The notes below the pieces were generated by a model that did not search any database, was not told where the DNA came from, and worked only from the letters and a program-made list of their open reading frames with translations. The position numbers and the translations under genes are program-made. From NCBI GenBank assembly GCA_963745235.1, contig CAVUXE010000053.1:128001-192000 (forward strand): 64,000 nucleotides of DNA. The letters are read 5' to 3'. The DNA comes from an uncultured Spirochaetota bacterium (GTDB lineage: Bacteria; Spirochaetota; Spirochaetia; SZUA-6; Fen-1364). Of this stretch, positions 31,661 through 42,070 are shown one piece after another. Position 1 is the first letter of the stretch. Each line of letters opens with the position of its first letter.

Positions 31661-32753
31661 ATGACACCCCGTGAGAATCTGTCCCTTCTCGTCTCTGGCG
31701 CCTCTCCGCAGTGGATCCCGTTCACTCTCGATATTGGCGGGTCGGAGGGGTTCACGACGGCGATCCAGCGCCGCTTCGAGCAGGAAACGGGCGCGAAGGA
31801 CCCGGCCGAGTACTTCGACTTCGATTTCCGCACGGCCGAGCTGCCCCGGAGCTTCGGCGGGGAAGACCCGAGGCGGTGGAGCCCTGAGGCCCCCGCGGGC
31901 ACGGTCTTTGACGAGTGGGGGATCGGGCATTGGGCGGGCGGCGCGGAGGACACGTACGAGCGGATCTTCGCTCCCTTTGCCGCCGTGAAGGGGGAAAAGG
32001 ACATCGCGGCCCTGCCAGAGCCAGTCATTCGCCGCGGCGGTGTAGAAAAGTCGGTGGCGGAGTACCAGCGCCGCGGGTACCCTGTCATGGGCTACTCCGG
32101 GAGCATCTACGAGTGGTCGTGGTGGCTGAGGGGCATGGAACAGTTCATGGTGGACACGCTGGAGAACACGGGCATTGCGTCCGCCATAGTTGACAAAGTC
32201 GCGGGCTTCACGGCACGGCTCGCCCTGGAGAATGCTGCTGCGGGTTTCGACGTCCTGGCCTTTTACGACGATGCGGGCAGTCAGGCCGGGCATGCAGATT
32301 TCTCCGGCTCTGTGGCGATCCCTCATCAAGCCCGCGTGGAAGCGCGTTCTGGACGCGGTTCGCGCACGCCATCCGTCGACGATCTTCTTCCTCCACAGCT
32401 GCGGCAACATCACCGACATCGTGCCGGACGTGGTCGAGCTCGGCTTCCACGTCCTGCATCCCGTGCAGCCAGAGTGCATGGACCCTGCCGCCCTGAAAGC
32501 CGCTTATGGGAGCCGGATCGTCCTCTGTGCGACACTGGGCGCCCAGCGCACGCTCTCTCTCTGCTCCGCGGAGGAGGTCGCCCGGGAGACCACGCGTGTC
32601 ATGGACACCATCGGGGCGGACCGGCGCTGCATCGTCTGCCCATCGAACAGGATCCAGCCGGAGACGCCATGGGAGAATGTCCTTGCCTTTGCCGCGGCGG
32701 CCCGAAGCCACCGTTTCGGGAGACCCGGGGTCCCGGGCGCCCACGCCTTCTAA
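31661..32753 (+). CDS. Uroporphyrinogen decarboxylase/MtaA-like family protein (+1 indel near 32288)
   Basis: DEWGIG, WLRGMEQFMVD, YDDAGSQ, FLHSCG, HPVQPE and PETPWENV motifs. Confidence 0.85.
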
Positions 32754-33964
32754 AAGACGCGCTTCCCCTTCACGAATGTCATCCGGGCGTTGCATTGCTC
32801 ATCGAGCACGGCGATATCGGAGAGCTTGCCGACGCGGAGGCTCCCTGTCTCGTGATCGATCCCCAACGTCATGGCCGGGTTGAGGCTCACCCAGCGGATC
32901 GCTTCGGGCAGCAGCAGCCCCGCATACTCCTGGAGCCTGCGAAGCGCCACGTTCAGAGTGATGGCGCTGCCCGTGAGGTTGCCGTTGATCTTCGGATCTT
33001 CGTCGATCATGCGCAGGACCCCCTTCTCGACGTAGACCTTGTGTCCGTCCCTGAAGGAGATGACAGTGCCCTCGGGCTGTCCCGCCCCCACCAGGGAATC
33101 GGTCACGACGATCTTCTTGCCCGCGGGCTTTACCTTGTCGATAAAGGAAAAAAACGGCTCCGGCACGTGCACCGGGCAGCCGATGAGCTCGATGCTGACA
33201 TTGTCGTCGTAGAGGGCCGCCGTCTCCATGCCCGGCATCATCACCAGCGCCTCGCCGGGGTTCTCCTTATAGCCAAGGGTGGCGTCGTAAAGGTGGGTCA
33301 CATGGCGGGCGCCGGCAAGGATGGCCGCCCGCGCCTGCTCCCACGTGGCCTCGGTATGCCCGAGGATCGGAACAATACCGCGGTAGGCGAGCTGCTCCGT
33401 CAGCCAGATGCTGCCGGGCAGCTCGGGCGCGAAAGTGACGGTCCTGATGACGTTACCCGCCTCGCCGAGCACCCTCTCGACGTCGCGAGGCTCGGGTTCG
33501 CGGAGGTAGCGCAGGTCGTGCCCGCCGCGGCAGCGCGCGGCGAGCCACGGCCCCTCCATGTGCACCCCATGGAGCATTGCGCCGTACGTGGCGTCCTCCA
33601 TTGCGGCGGCGACACGCCGCGCCTGGGTAATGATTGCGTCGTACGGATTCGCAAGCGTGGTGGCAAGGAGCCTCGTCACGCCGTAGCGCGCATACGCCGA
33701 CAGCCCGCGCACCATGGCGGGAACATCGTCTTCCATGAAGGAAACGTCCATGATCCCGTGGGTATGCATGTCGATGAGCCCCGGGCAGATGGACAACCCG
33801 TCGACGTCGATCTTGACAACTGCGCCGTCCCTCCATGCCTCCTGGGAGGTCCACTCGGTCCCGATGGAGGCAACGCGGCCCGCGCGCGACAGGACATAGC
33901 CGCGCGGCAGGGTCTGCGTCTCCGCGAGGACCCTGCCATTGTAAAGGAGAAAATCGTCCGCCAT
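32750..33964 (-). CDS. nagA: N-acetylhexosamine-6-phosphate deacetylase (NagA family)
   Basis: PGLIDMHTHG, HMEGPW, APEL, GHT, THLY, VTDS and LTGS motifs. Confidence 0.85.
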   Translation of the reverse strand: MADDFLLYNGRVLAETQTLPRGYVLSRAGRVASIGTEWTSQEAWRDGAVVKIDVDGLSICPGLIDMHTHGIMDVSFMEDDVPAMVRGLSAYARYGVTRLLATTLANPYDAIITQARRVAAAMEDATYGAMLHGVHMEGPWLAARCRGGHDLRYLREPEPRDVERVLGEAGNVIRTVTFAPELPGSIWLTEQLAYRGIVPILGHTEATWEQARAAILAGARHVTHLYDATLGYKENPGEALVMMPGMETAALYDDNVSIELIGCPVHVPEPFFSFIDKVKPAGKKIVVTDSLVGAGQPEGTVISFRDGHKVYVEKGVLRMIDEDPKINGNLTGSAITLNVALRRLQEYAGLLLPEAIRWVSLNPAMTLGIDHETGSLRVGKLSDIAVLDEQCNARMTFVKGKRVF

Positions 33965-33969
33965 GCGCG

Positions 33970-34933
33970 TCAGTTGACCTCGGGCTCCAGCGGTCCGGCG
34001 AGCGGCTTGACGTAGAAAAGCTTGCCGGGGAGCTGCGGCATGACGGAGGAGGGGATCCACATGCTCGGGCCGTACTTCAGCGTGACCCACAGCGTCATGC
34101 CCTGGTAGATCATGTTGCGCACCGGCAGGAACCCGTCAACGCCGCCGATGGTGTAATCCGCCTTCATGAAGATGCCCGGGCCAATGGTGTTGGCGCGCGC
34201 CGGCACGAGCGTGATCCTGCTCTTGAAGCTCGTGATGGAGTTCTGGATGATGGTGAGGGGGTGGAGCCTGGCTGCCACGCGGTGCGTGGCGCCCAGCCAC
34301 TCGTCCATGCTCTTGTAGTCTTCCGCGAAGTGAGGCTCCCAGAAAGCCACGTGGAATACCCACCCTATGCCATAGATCAGGACGAACTTCGCGCCCTTGG
34401 AGCGCAGCTCTCCAATGCGGTCCGCGTAGGTGGGGAGCTCCGTGCGGGTGGCGAAATGCCTCTGTTTGGTCCGGCGGGGTGAGCCGGCCCAGCGGGCCGT
34501 AGAACGTGCTCTCCATTGCGTTCGTGAAGGCGCCCGGGTTGTTGGCGGGAAGCGTATTCCCCTCCTCGTCGCACCACTCGTCCATGTTGAAGCCGTGAAG
34601 GTGGCGGCAATCCACGTTCCAGGATTTCAGGAACTCCACCGCCCAGCGATACATGCCCATGGGGCCCACGGAGAAGATCAGCACAAGCTCCCTGTCCTCC
34701 TCGCGGGCCATGCGGATCTGGAGCGCAATTTCGTGCCCCATGAGCGTGTTGAAGTCCTCAAGCGTGTCGCCGCAGACGGGAGCGAAGTCCTTGTGCCACC
34801 ACTTCTCCCTCGCGTTCACCTCTTCGGGCTTGCGCGAACAACACCAGTCGATGCGGGAGAGGTCCCACTCCCGGGGGAAGAACCCTTCAAACCGGGATCC
34901 CTTGATCGTGCTCAAAAGATCGATGCGTTCCAT
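33970..34933 (-). CDS. Glucosamine-6-phosphate isomerase/deaminase-like protein (+1 indel near 34472)
   Basis: [25 protein letters not shown] and ANTIGPG motifs. Confidence 0.8.
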
Positions 34934-34995
34934 TGTTTTGTCTCCTCTGGCTTCGCGCAGGCACAGCCGTGCCCGCTCAGCCTCGCCTTCTGTGG

Positions 34996-36003
34996 CTATG
35001 CCTTTCTCTGTCCTGAGAGCTCGCTCACCGTCACGGCCCCGACGATGATGAGCCCGATGACGAGGTCCCGGATGTACGGGTTCACGTTCATGATGATGAG
35101 CGCGTTCGTGATGAGGCCGATCAGGAGCACGCCGAGGAAGATGCTGAGCGCGCTGCCCCGGCCTCCGGAGAGGGCCACGCCGCCCACGATGACCGCCGCA
35201 AGGGAGTCCAGCGCAAACGAGTCTCCCGTGGTGGCGAGCGCCGAGCCCACGCGGGAGATGAGGATGAGGGCAGCAAGGGCGTTGCAGAGCCCGACCACAA
35301 CGTACGCAATCAGCGTGACGCGGTTCGTGCTGATACCCGAGACGAAGGCCGCCTTCTTGTTCCCGCCGATGGCGTACAGGAACCTTCCGTAGCGGAAGTA
35401 GCGCAGGACCACGAAGGTGAGCGCGACCATTCCCAGGAAGAACAGGATGGAAATGGGGATGACGTCGAGGATCCGGCCGCGTCCCAGCAGCTCGAACCTG
35501 CCGAACAGTATATAGCTGGCGCCCCCGCTCACGAGCAGGGCGGCCCCATGATAGGCGGTGCTGAATCCCAGGGTGATGATGAACGAGGCGGCCCGGGAGT
35601 AGATGACGGTCAGGCCGTTGATCACCCCGATGATGATCCCGATCAGGAACGTGACCACGAACGCCGCGGGGATGGCCAGGGACGCCTGCCACGCGGGCAC
35701 CGTGCCGTCCGGCAGGCCCATCATCTTCTGAATAATCATGGACAGGATCACTCCCATGAGGGATATCTGCGTGCCAACGGAAATGTCGATCTGGCCCGCC
35801 ACCAGGAGCATCCCGATTCCGCACGCCACGATCCCGAGGATGGAGATCTGCTGGAAGATGTTGATGAGGTTCTGGATGCGGAGAAAGCGCGGGTTCACGA
35901 TGGCCGTCACAATGCAGATGACGACGATGAGAGCAATCAGCACGACGGACTGGCTCAGGGGCCGGCTCCGCTTTGGTTCCACCACTGCGGTCATTGTTTC
36001 CAT
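34996..36003 (-). CDS. Monosaccharide ABC transporter permease (RbsC type)
   Basis: [27 protein letters not shown] and [16 protein letters not shown] motifs. Confidence 0.92.
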   Translation of the reverse strand: METMTAVVEPKRSRPLSQSVVLIALIVVICIVTAIVNPRFLRIQNLINIFQQISILGIVACGIGMLLVAGQIDISVGTQISLMGVILSMIIQKMMGLPDGTVPAWQASLAIPAAFVVTFLIGIIIGVINGLTVIYSRAASFIITLGFSTAYHGAALLVSGGASYILFGRFELLGRGRILDVIPISILFFLGMVALTFVVLRYFRYGRFLYAIGGNKKAAFVSGISTNRVTLIAYVVVGLCNALAALILISRVGSALATTGDSFALDSLAAVIVGGVALSGGRGSALSIFLGVLLIGLITNALIIMNVNPYIRDLVIGLIIVGAVTVSELSGQRKA

Positions 36004-36010
36004 TCTCTTC

Positions 36011-37520
36011 CTATTCCCTTTCGTCGACGCCCATGGAGTACCGGAGGATGTTCTCCTCTGTGATCTCGGTTCCCGTGAGGATACCCGCGATGCGCTTGTT
36101 CCTCATCACGGCCACTCGGTCGCAGACCGCGATGAGCTCGGGGTTGTCGGAAGAGATCATGAGGACCACCTTGCCCTGGCCGGCAAGGTTCTCCATCATG
36201 CGGTAGATCTCCCCCTTGGCCCCGACGTCCACGCCTACCGTGGGTTCGTCGAAAATGAGGACCTCGGCGCCTGCGTACAGCCACTTGGCCAGCACCACCT
36301 TCTGCTGGTTGCCGCCGCTCAGGTTCACCACGCGCTGAAGGAGGGACGGAGTCTTTATGGCGAGTTGGCGCGATATTTCACCGGTCTCTGTCCTCTCCCG
36401 CGCCAGGTTCATGAGCGGGCCCCTCGCCTTGGCGAAGCGAACAAGGCTCACGTTTTCGAAGATGGGTCGTTCGAGGACCAGGCCGTCCCCCTTGCGGTCC
36501 TCCGTGAGGTAGCCGATGCCCTTGCGGATGGCGTCATCAGGGCTGCGGGGGGTGAGGTCGCGCCCCCGGTAGACGAGACGGCCCGAGTCCTTGGGGTCCA
36601 GGCCGAAGATCATTCGCGCCAGCTCGGTGCGCCCGGCGCCGACCAGACCGGCAATCCCGAAGATTTCCCCCCGGCGGACCGTGAAGGAGACGTGGTCCAC
36701 CACGCCGGCCCGCGTATAGTCTATGACCTGGAGGCTGTCCTCCTCCACCGCGCTCGCGGAAGATCGCGCCCGGGTGTACAGGGAAGCATCCGAGCGGCCG
36801 ATCATCTGGCGCACCACGCCGCTCATATCCGTCTCCCGCACCGACTGCGTGGATACCTTCTTCCCGTCCTTGAACACCGTCACGCGGTTGCAGACATCGA
36901 AAATCTCACCGAGGTTGTGGGATATGTAGATGACGCTCAGGCCCTTTGCCGTGCTCGTGCGGATGATGTCGAAGAGAATGTTCTTGCCCTTGTCATCCAG
37001 GGACGCGGTGGGCTCGTCAAGGATGAGGATCCGCGCCTGACGGGAGAAAGCCTTGGCAACGCTCACCAGCTTGCGCTCGATGAACGTGAGGCTCGCAATC
37101 TTGCGCCGCGGGGAAATCCGGACCCCGAGGCCTTCCAGGAGCTGCTCGGTGGCCTTGAAACAGGAGGAATAGTCCAGGAGTCCGACCCCGCTCTTGGGCA
37201 GGTTGTACAGGTAGATGTTCTCCGCCACGGACAACTCGTCCACGAGCTGGTTTTCCTGGTGGACGGTCTGGATCCCGAGCTCGATGGAGCGAGACGGGTC
37301 CAGGTACCCGTAGGAGCGGCCCGCAACATCGATGCGGCCCGAGTCAGGACGGAGCGAGCCGGCCACGATCTCCACGAACGTGGACTTGCCGGCCCCGTTC
37401 TGGCCCACCAGGGCCTGCACCTCTCCGAGGCGCAGGTCGAAATCCACGGAATCCAGGGCCCGGACGCCAGGATAGCGTCTTGGTTACTTTTTCAGCGACG
37501 AGGATGTTTGATTCCGCCAC
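36011..37520 (-). CDS. Monosaccharide ABC transporter ATP-binding protein (RbsA type; indel near 37478)
   Basis: GQNGAGKST, ILDEPT, GLVGAGRTEL and LSGGNQQKV motifs; N-terminus MAESNILVAEKVTK in another frame after SD GGAGGAG. Confidence 0.92.
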
Positions 37521-37551
37521 TCTTCTCCTCCCGGAAGCGCCGCTACGGGCG

Positions 37552-37588
37552 AAAAAAGGGGGGCCCGGAGAATCCTTCCGAGCCCCCT
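37552..37588 (-). terminator. Intra-operon hairpin with T tract after the binding-protein gene
   Basis: Minus strand AGGGGGCTCGGA...TCCGGGCCCCCC followed by T6. Confidence 0.6.
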
Positions 37589-37613
37589 CTGGTTTCCGTT
37601 TTCGGAGCGAACG

Positions 37614-38620
37614 CTACTTGAGCATCTCCGGTTTGTATCACCGGTCTTCACGAAATCGTACACCAGGGGCAGCCAGCTCTCGTCAACGCTCCAGGTGATG
37701 TACTTGGAGTGCCAGTCCTTCTTGCTCACCCATACGACAGGGGTGTAGGTCCTGGTCTGGTAGGTCTGCTTGTTCAGGTATGCCATCAAGTTGACCGCGT
37801 TGATCATGCCATGAAGGCCCGGGGACTGGCTCAGAGCAAAGTCCAGGTTGCCCTTGTTGAAGTTGTTGATGTCCATGGGGCCGCCGTTGACCGTCACCAC
37901 GGTGACTGCGTCCCGGGGAACATTCTCTTCCTTCAGCGCCTGGACGATACCGTCCGTGATCTCCTGGCATCCGCCGATGGCGACGTTGAACTTCAGGCCG
38001 CTCTCGATGAGGGTCTTCGTGATGTTGAGGGACGGGGCGGTAGCGTACTGGCCGTCCTGGGGAGCGGTGGCCAGCTTGATGCCCTTCAGCTTCGCGATCT
38101 CATCCTTGAAGCCTTTATCCCCTTCCATGACGGGCGGCGTGCCGGCGAAGCCCTGGATCCACACCACGTTCAGGTCACCCTTGACGTCCTTGCGGAGGCC
38201 GTCGGCAACTGTCTTGTACACTGAAGCCCAGTCGAAATCGATGTTGGCGACCGGCTTGCCCTTTCCCGAGGCGACTCCGCTCTCGGTGATCTGGATCGGA
38301 ATTCCGGCCTCGTTGGCAAGCTGGCATGAGTACTGCGCGCTTTCGGGCGTCACGGCGGTGAGATTGATGGCATCCACGCCCTGGGCAATCAGGTTCTGGA
38401 CGGCCTGGGTCTCCTGATCAGCCTTGTAGTTGTGGTACGCGAAAACGAGCTTGTCGCCTTCCGCGTCCGCCGCGATCTGGTAGCCCCTATGGTAGGCAGC
38501 GAACCAGCCGATCTCGTAGGGGATCACGACCCCGATCGTATGGCCCTTCGCAAATACGGGCGCAGCGGCCATCGAAAAAACCATGAGGATCGCCAACCCC
38601 AAGAGAATCTTCTTCTTCAT
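37614..38620 (-). CDS. Sugar ABC transporter periplasmic binding protein (RbsB-like; indel near 37640 close to the stop)
   Basis: Signal peptide; QNLIAQGVDAI and ANEAGIPI motifs; likely true end YKPEMLK*. Confidence 0.88.
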
Positions 38621-38691
38621 GAGTAGGACCTCCCTTCAGGATGTTGCCCCGTCCGAAAGGGTGGGGCACGGTTCCGCATTGCGGATATCGC

Positions 38692-38807
38692 ATTTAAACA
38701 TGCAACAGGTATTTTGTCAAATAAAACAATTTAATGATCTATTTGATCATTTTTTAGCGCTAAAAAATGACTGGAGTGTTTACAAAATCCGATCGTAGTG
38801 TTATAGT
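38692..38807. promoter_or_regulatory. Divergent promoter region with two palindromic operators
   Basis: Plus strand TTTACA-17-TATAGT (38779-38807); minus strand TTGACA-17-TTAAAT; palindromes AATGATC-N5-GATCATT (38733-38751) and perfect 24-bp TCATTTTTTAGCGCTAAAAAATGA (38747-38770). Confidence 0.8.
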
Positions 38808-38837
38808 CCCGCCAGTTATTCATCAAGGAGGATCCTC

Positions 38838-40994
38838 ATGGCCGCCTTTCGGTTTCTTTTCGAGCCCATCAGGATTGGGGACATGGAGATTCCAAATCGC
38901 ATCTGCCACGTCCCAACGGACATCAGCTCATCCCACGTGAACGGGGAAGTGAGCAGCCGCGACATCTACCACCACGAGACAATCGCCCGCGGCGGCACAG
39001 GGTTGATAGTGGTCGGCGCCACGTCTCCCAACCATCTGACCAACCGATCCACCGTGACGAACCTCGTGGCTGACGATGACACCTACATCCCCGGCCTCGC
39101 GCGGCTCGCTGCTGCCATGCACCGCTATGGCGCCAAGTGCGCCGCGCAGCTGCAGCATGCCGGGCGGCAGGCGTCCCTGCCCCGTGACGGCAAGCAGGCG
39201 TCCAACGACGTGGCGGTGAGCCTGCCGTGGTCCCAGAGCCGCGCAATCGTCTACGCGAACGCGGACGAGAAGGTGAAGACGGTGCATGTCCTGAGCACCG
39301 ACGAGGTCATTCAAATCGTAGAGGAGTTTGGGGAGGCGGCGTGGCGCGTCAGGCAGGCCGGTTTTGATTCGGTGGAGCTGCACGCGGCCCATGGGTACCT
39401 CATCTCCCAGTTCATGAGCCCCTACCTCAACCATCGCATCGACCGATTCGGCGGAACCTTTGAGAACCGCATGCGCTTCCCTCTGGCCATCGTCTCTTCC
39501 ATCCAGAAGAAGTGCGGGATGGATTTTCCTGTCATCGTCCGCTACTCCTCGGACGAATGGGTGCCCGGCGGACGCGAGCTTGCAGAGTCCATCGAGGTGG
39601 CCAAGGTGCTCGAAAGGGCCGGGGTGGCGGCGCTGGACATCAGCCAGTGCGTGCAGGAAAGTCCGGGCGCAGGCTTCGATCCCATGCAGTATCCCGAAGG
39701 ATGGACCGTGTTCGCCTCGGAGGCCATCAAGAAGGCGGTCACGATCCCCGTGATCATCAGCCACTCCCTGCGCAATCCCGACTACTGCGAGAAGATCCTC
39801 CAGGAAGGCAAAACGGACATGATCGGTCTCTCACGGCAGCTCCTCGCGGATCCCTACTGGCCTCTCAAGGCCCGGGAGGGAAAAGTCAGGGCAATCCGGC
39901 GCTGCATCTCGTGCCTCACGGGCTGCTGGCAGGAGTCCATGATGGCGAAGAAGGAAATCGGCTGCGCCATCAACCCCGCGTGCGGCAGCGAGGAGTTCGC
40001 CCGCATGGCGAAAACCGCAATCCCCCTGAAGATCGCCGTGGTCGGCGGCGGCCCGGCGGGCATGGAGACAGCTCGAATTGCCACGGAGCGGGGACATCGC
40101 GTGACGATTTTCGAGAAGACAGCCGAGCTGGGCGGCGCCATCCTTGGCTGCTGCATGGCTCCCGGGAAGGACGAGAAGATGAAGTGGTACGCGGACTGGA
40201 TCCGCTGCCAGGTTCAGGACCTGAAGATCGAGACGCGCATGAACACCTCCCCGACCGTGGCGGACCTGAAAGGATTCGACCTGGTGGTCAACGCCACCGG
40301 CGCAAGCTCCTATGTGCCCTCCGCGCACGGCCTGGCTGACCGGGTGGTCCCGTTCGAGGAAGCAATGGCATGCCCCAAAGTCACGTGCGAGTATCACCCC
40401 AACAACGCCTCGAAGGCGAACCGGCAGGAGAGAAAACCCCGCAGGCTCGAGGGAACGAAGGTCATCGTGTGGGGGGATCATTACGCGGCCGTTGACACCG
40501 CCACCTACCTGGCCTCCATCGGCAAGGAGGTGGTGATTGTCACGGACCAGAGAGAGTTCGCCTCCCGCGTGGAGGTGATCCACATGTACGTGACCTGGAA
40601 GCGTTTCAAGCAGACCGATGCGGAGGCGCTGACCTCGAAGCCGTACAAGCATCCTGTCACGATCCACCAGGGGTGCCTGATCGACGAGATCAGGGACAAG
40701 GAGGTCGTTCTTGTGGATCGAGACTTCAGGAAGACCACGGTCGCGTACGACTCCATCGTCACCTGCTGGACCCGGCCCAACACGGAGCTCCTGCACCAGC
40801 TCATGGCGGCCGGGGTCCCGGTCGTGAACGTCGGTGACTCGGTGAGCCCGCGCAATCTCCACGCGGCGGTCAGGGAAGGGGCTGCCGTCGGTCTGACCGT
40901 CGACGAACAGGTCCTGTTCAATCCGAACGCGGCTCTGGTCAACGACCTTCCCCTTGATGTGCGGGCCCAGCTTGCCCGCCCGGAGGTAGTGTAA
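38838..40994 (+). CDS. Old-yellow-enzyme family FMN/FAD/4Fe-4S oxidoreductase (2,4-dienoyl-CoA reductase/BaiH-like architecture)
   Basis: QLQHAGRQA, ELHAAHGYLISQF, FGGTFENRMRF, CISCLTGC...CAINP and VVGGGPAGME motifs. Confidence 0.9.
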   Translation: MAAFRFLFEPIRIGDMEIPNRICHVPTDISSSHVNGEVSSRDIYHHETIARGGTGLIVVGATSPNHLTNRSTVTNLVADDDTYIPGLARLAAAMHRYGAKCAAQLQHAGRQASLPRDGKQASNDVAVSLPWSQSRAIVYANADEKVKTVHVLSTDEVIQIVEEFGEAAWRVRQAGFDSVELHAAHGYLISQFMSPYLNHRIDRFGGTFENRMRFPLAIVSSIQKKCGMDFPVIVRYSSDEWVPGGRELAESIEVAKVLERAGVAALDISQCVQESPGAGFDPMQYPEGWTVFASEAIKKAVTIPVIISHSLRNPDYCEKILQEGKTDMIGLSRQLLADPYWPLKAREGKVRAIRRCISCLTGCWQESMMAKKEIGCAINPACGSEEFARMAKTAIPLKIAVVGGGPAGMETARIATERGHRVTIFEKTAELGGAILGCCMAPGKDEKMKWYADWIRCQVQDLKIETRMNTSPTVADLKGFDLVVNATGASSYVPSAHGLADRVVPFEEAMACPKVTCEYHPNNASKANRQERKPRRLEGTKVIVWGDHYAAVDTATYLASIGKEVVIVTDQREFASRVEVIHMYVTWKRFKQTDAEALTSKPYKHPVTIHQGCLIDEIRDKEVVLVDRDFRKTTVAYDSIVTCWTRPNTELLHQLMAAGVPVVNVGDSVSPRNLHAAVREGAAVGLTVDEQVLFNPNAALVNDLPLDVRAQLARPEVV

Positions 40995-42067
40995 TGAAGG
41001 CGCTCAAGGTGCTCGTCGCGGGGGTTGGAGGCATGGGCGCTTCCCATGCCCTGGGGTATGCGCGAACGAGGGGCTTCGAGGTGGCGGGCTTTGTCGTGGC
41101 GAAAAATGTGGAACGGGCCCGGAAGCTCGCCTCGGACCTCGAGCTCTCGATCCCGATCTACACGGACTACTACAAGGCCATGGCGGAGGTGAAGCCGGAT
41201 GTCGTCTCCATCAACACTCTCGTGGACACGCACGCCGCGTACTCCATTCACGCCATGCGCCAGGGCTGCCACATCTTCATGGAGAAGCCCATAGCGAAGA
41301 CGGTCACGGAGGCGGAAGAGGTGGCCCGGGTGGTCAAGGAGACAGGGCGAAAGATGGTGGTCGGGTACATCCTGCGCGTGCATCCCGCGTGGAAGAAGTT
41401 CATCGAGCTTTCCCAGACCCTTGGCAAGCCGCTCATCATGCGCATGAACCTGAACCAGCAGAGCTTCGGCCACGAATGGGAGGTCCACAAGTCCTTCATC
41501 GCCAACATGCCTCCCCTCGTTGACTGCGGCGTGCACTACGTGGACGTCATGTGCCAGATGACGCGCTCGGTGCCGAAGCTGGTGCAGGGCATTGCCGCCA
41601 GGGTGTCGGACGAGGTGGACGCCGACAAACACAACTACGGAGCCCTCCAGGTGGTATTCGAGGACAATTCCGTGGGGTGGTACGAAGTCGGATGGGGGCC
41701 CATGATGAGCCGCACCGCCTTTTTCGTGAAGGACGTGATCGGCCCCCGGGGGTGCGTCAGCATCGACAAGGACACGAGCGACGTTGATCCTTCGGACGTG
41801 TCCAAGCACACCACGGTGGACTCCATCATCGTGCATTCAAGCGCCACGGACGCGAAGGGGATGCCGGCGAAGAAGGACGAGGTGGTGCATATCTCTGACG
41901 AGCCGGACCACAACGAGCTCTGCCGCCGGGAGCAGGCATACCTCCTCCAGGCCATCACCGAGGATATCGACCTCACGGACCACGTTGCGGATGCGGTGAA
42001 CAGCCTCCGGATCTGCTTCGCGGCCGTGGAGTCCTACCGGACGGGGCGAGCCATCCATCTGGACTGA
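40994..42067 (+). CDS. Gfo/Idh/MocA family oxidoreductase
   Basis: GVGGMGASH, EKP and DCGVHYVD motifs. Confidence 0.92.
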   Translation: MKALKVLVAGVGGMGASHALGYARTRGFEVAGFVVAKNVERARKLASDLELSIPIYTDYYKAMAEVKPDVVSINTLVDTHAAYSIHAMRQGCHIFMEKPIAKTVTEAEEVARVVKETGRKMVVGYILRVHPAWKKFIELSQTLGKPLIMRMNLNQQSFGHEWEVHKSFIANMPPLVDCGVHYVDVMCQMTRSVPKLVQGIAARVSDEVDADKHNYGALQVVFEDNSVGWYEVGWGPMMSRTAFFVKDVIGPRGCVSIDKDTSDVDPSDVSKHTTVDSIIVHSSATDAKGMPAKKDEVVHISDEPDHNELCRREQAYLLQAITEDIDLTDHVADAVNSLRICFAAVESYRTGRAIHLD

Positions 42068-42070
42068 CCC

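Noticed and set aside
31595-34015. 806-aa ORF as one protein
   Set aside because: It is the UroD N-terminus running out of frame after an indel and continuing antisense to nagA
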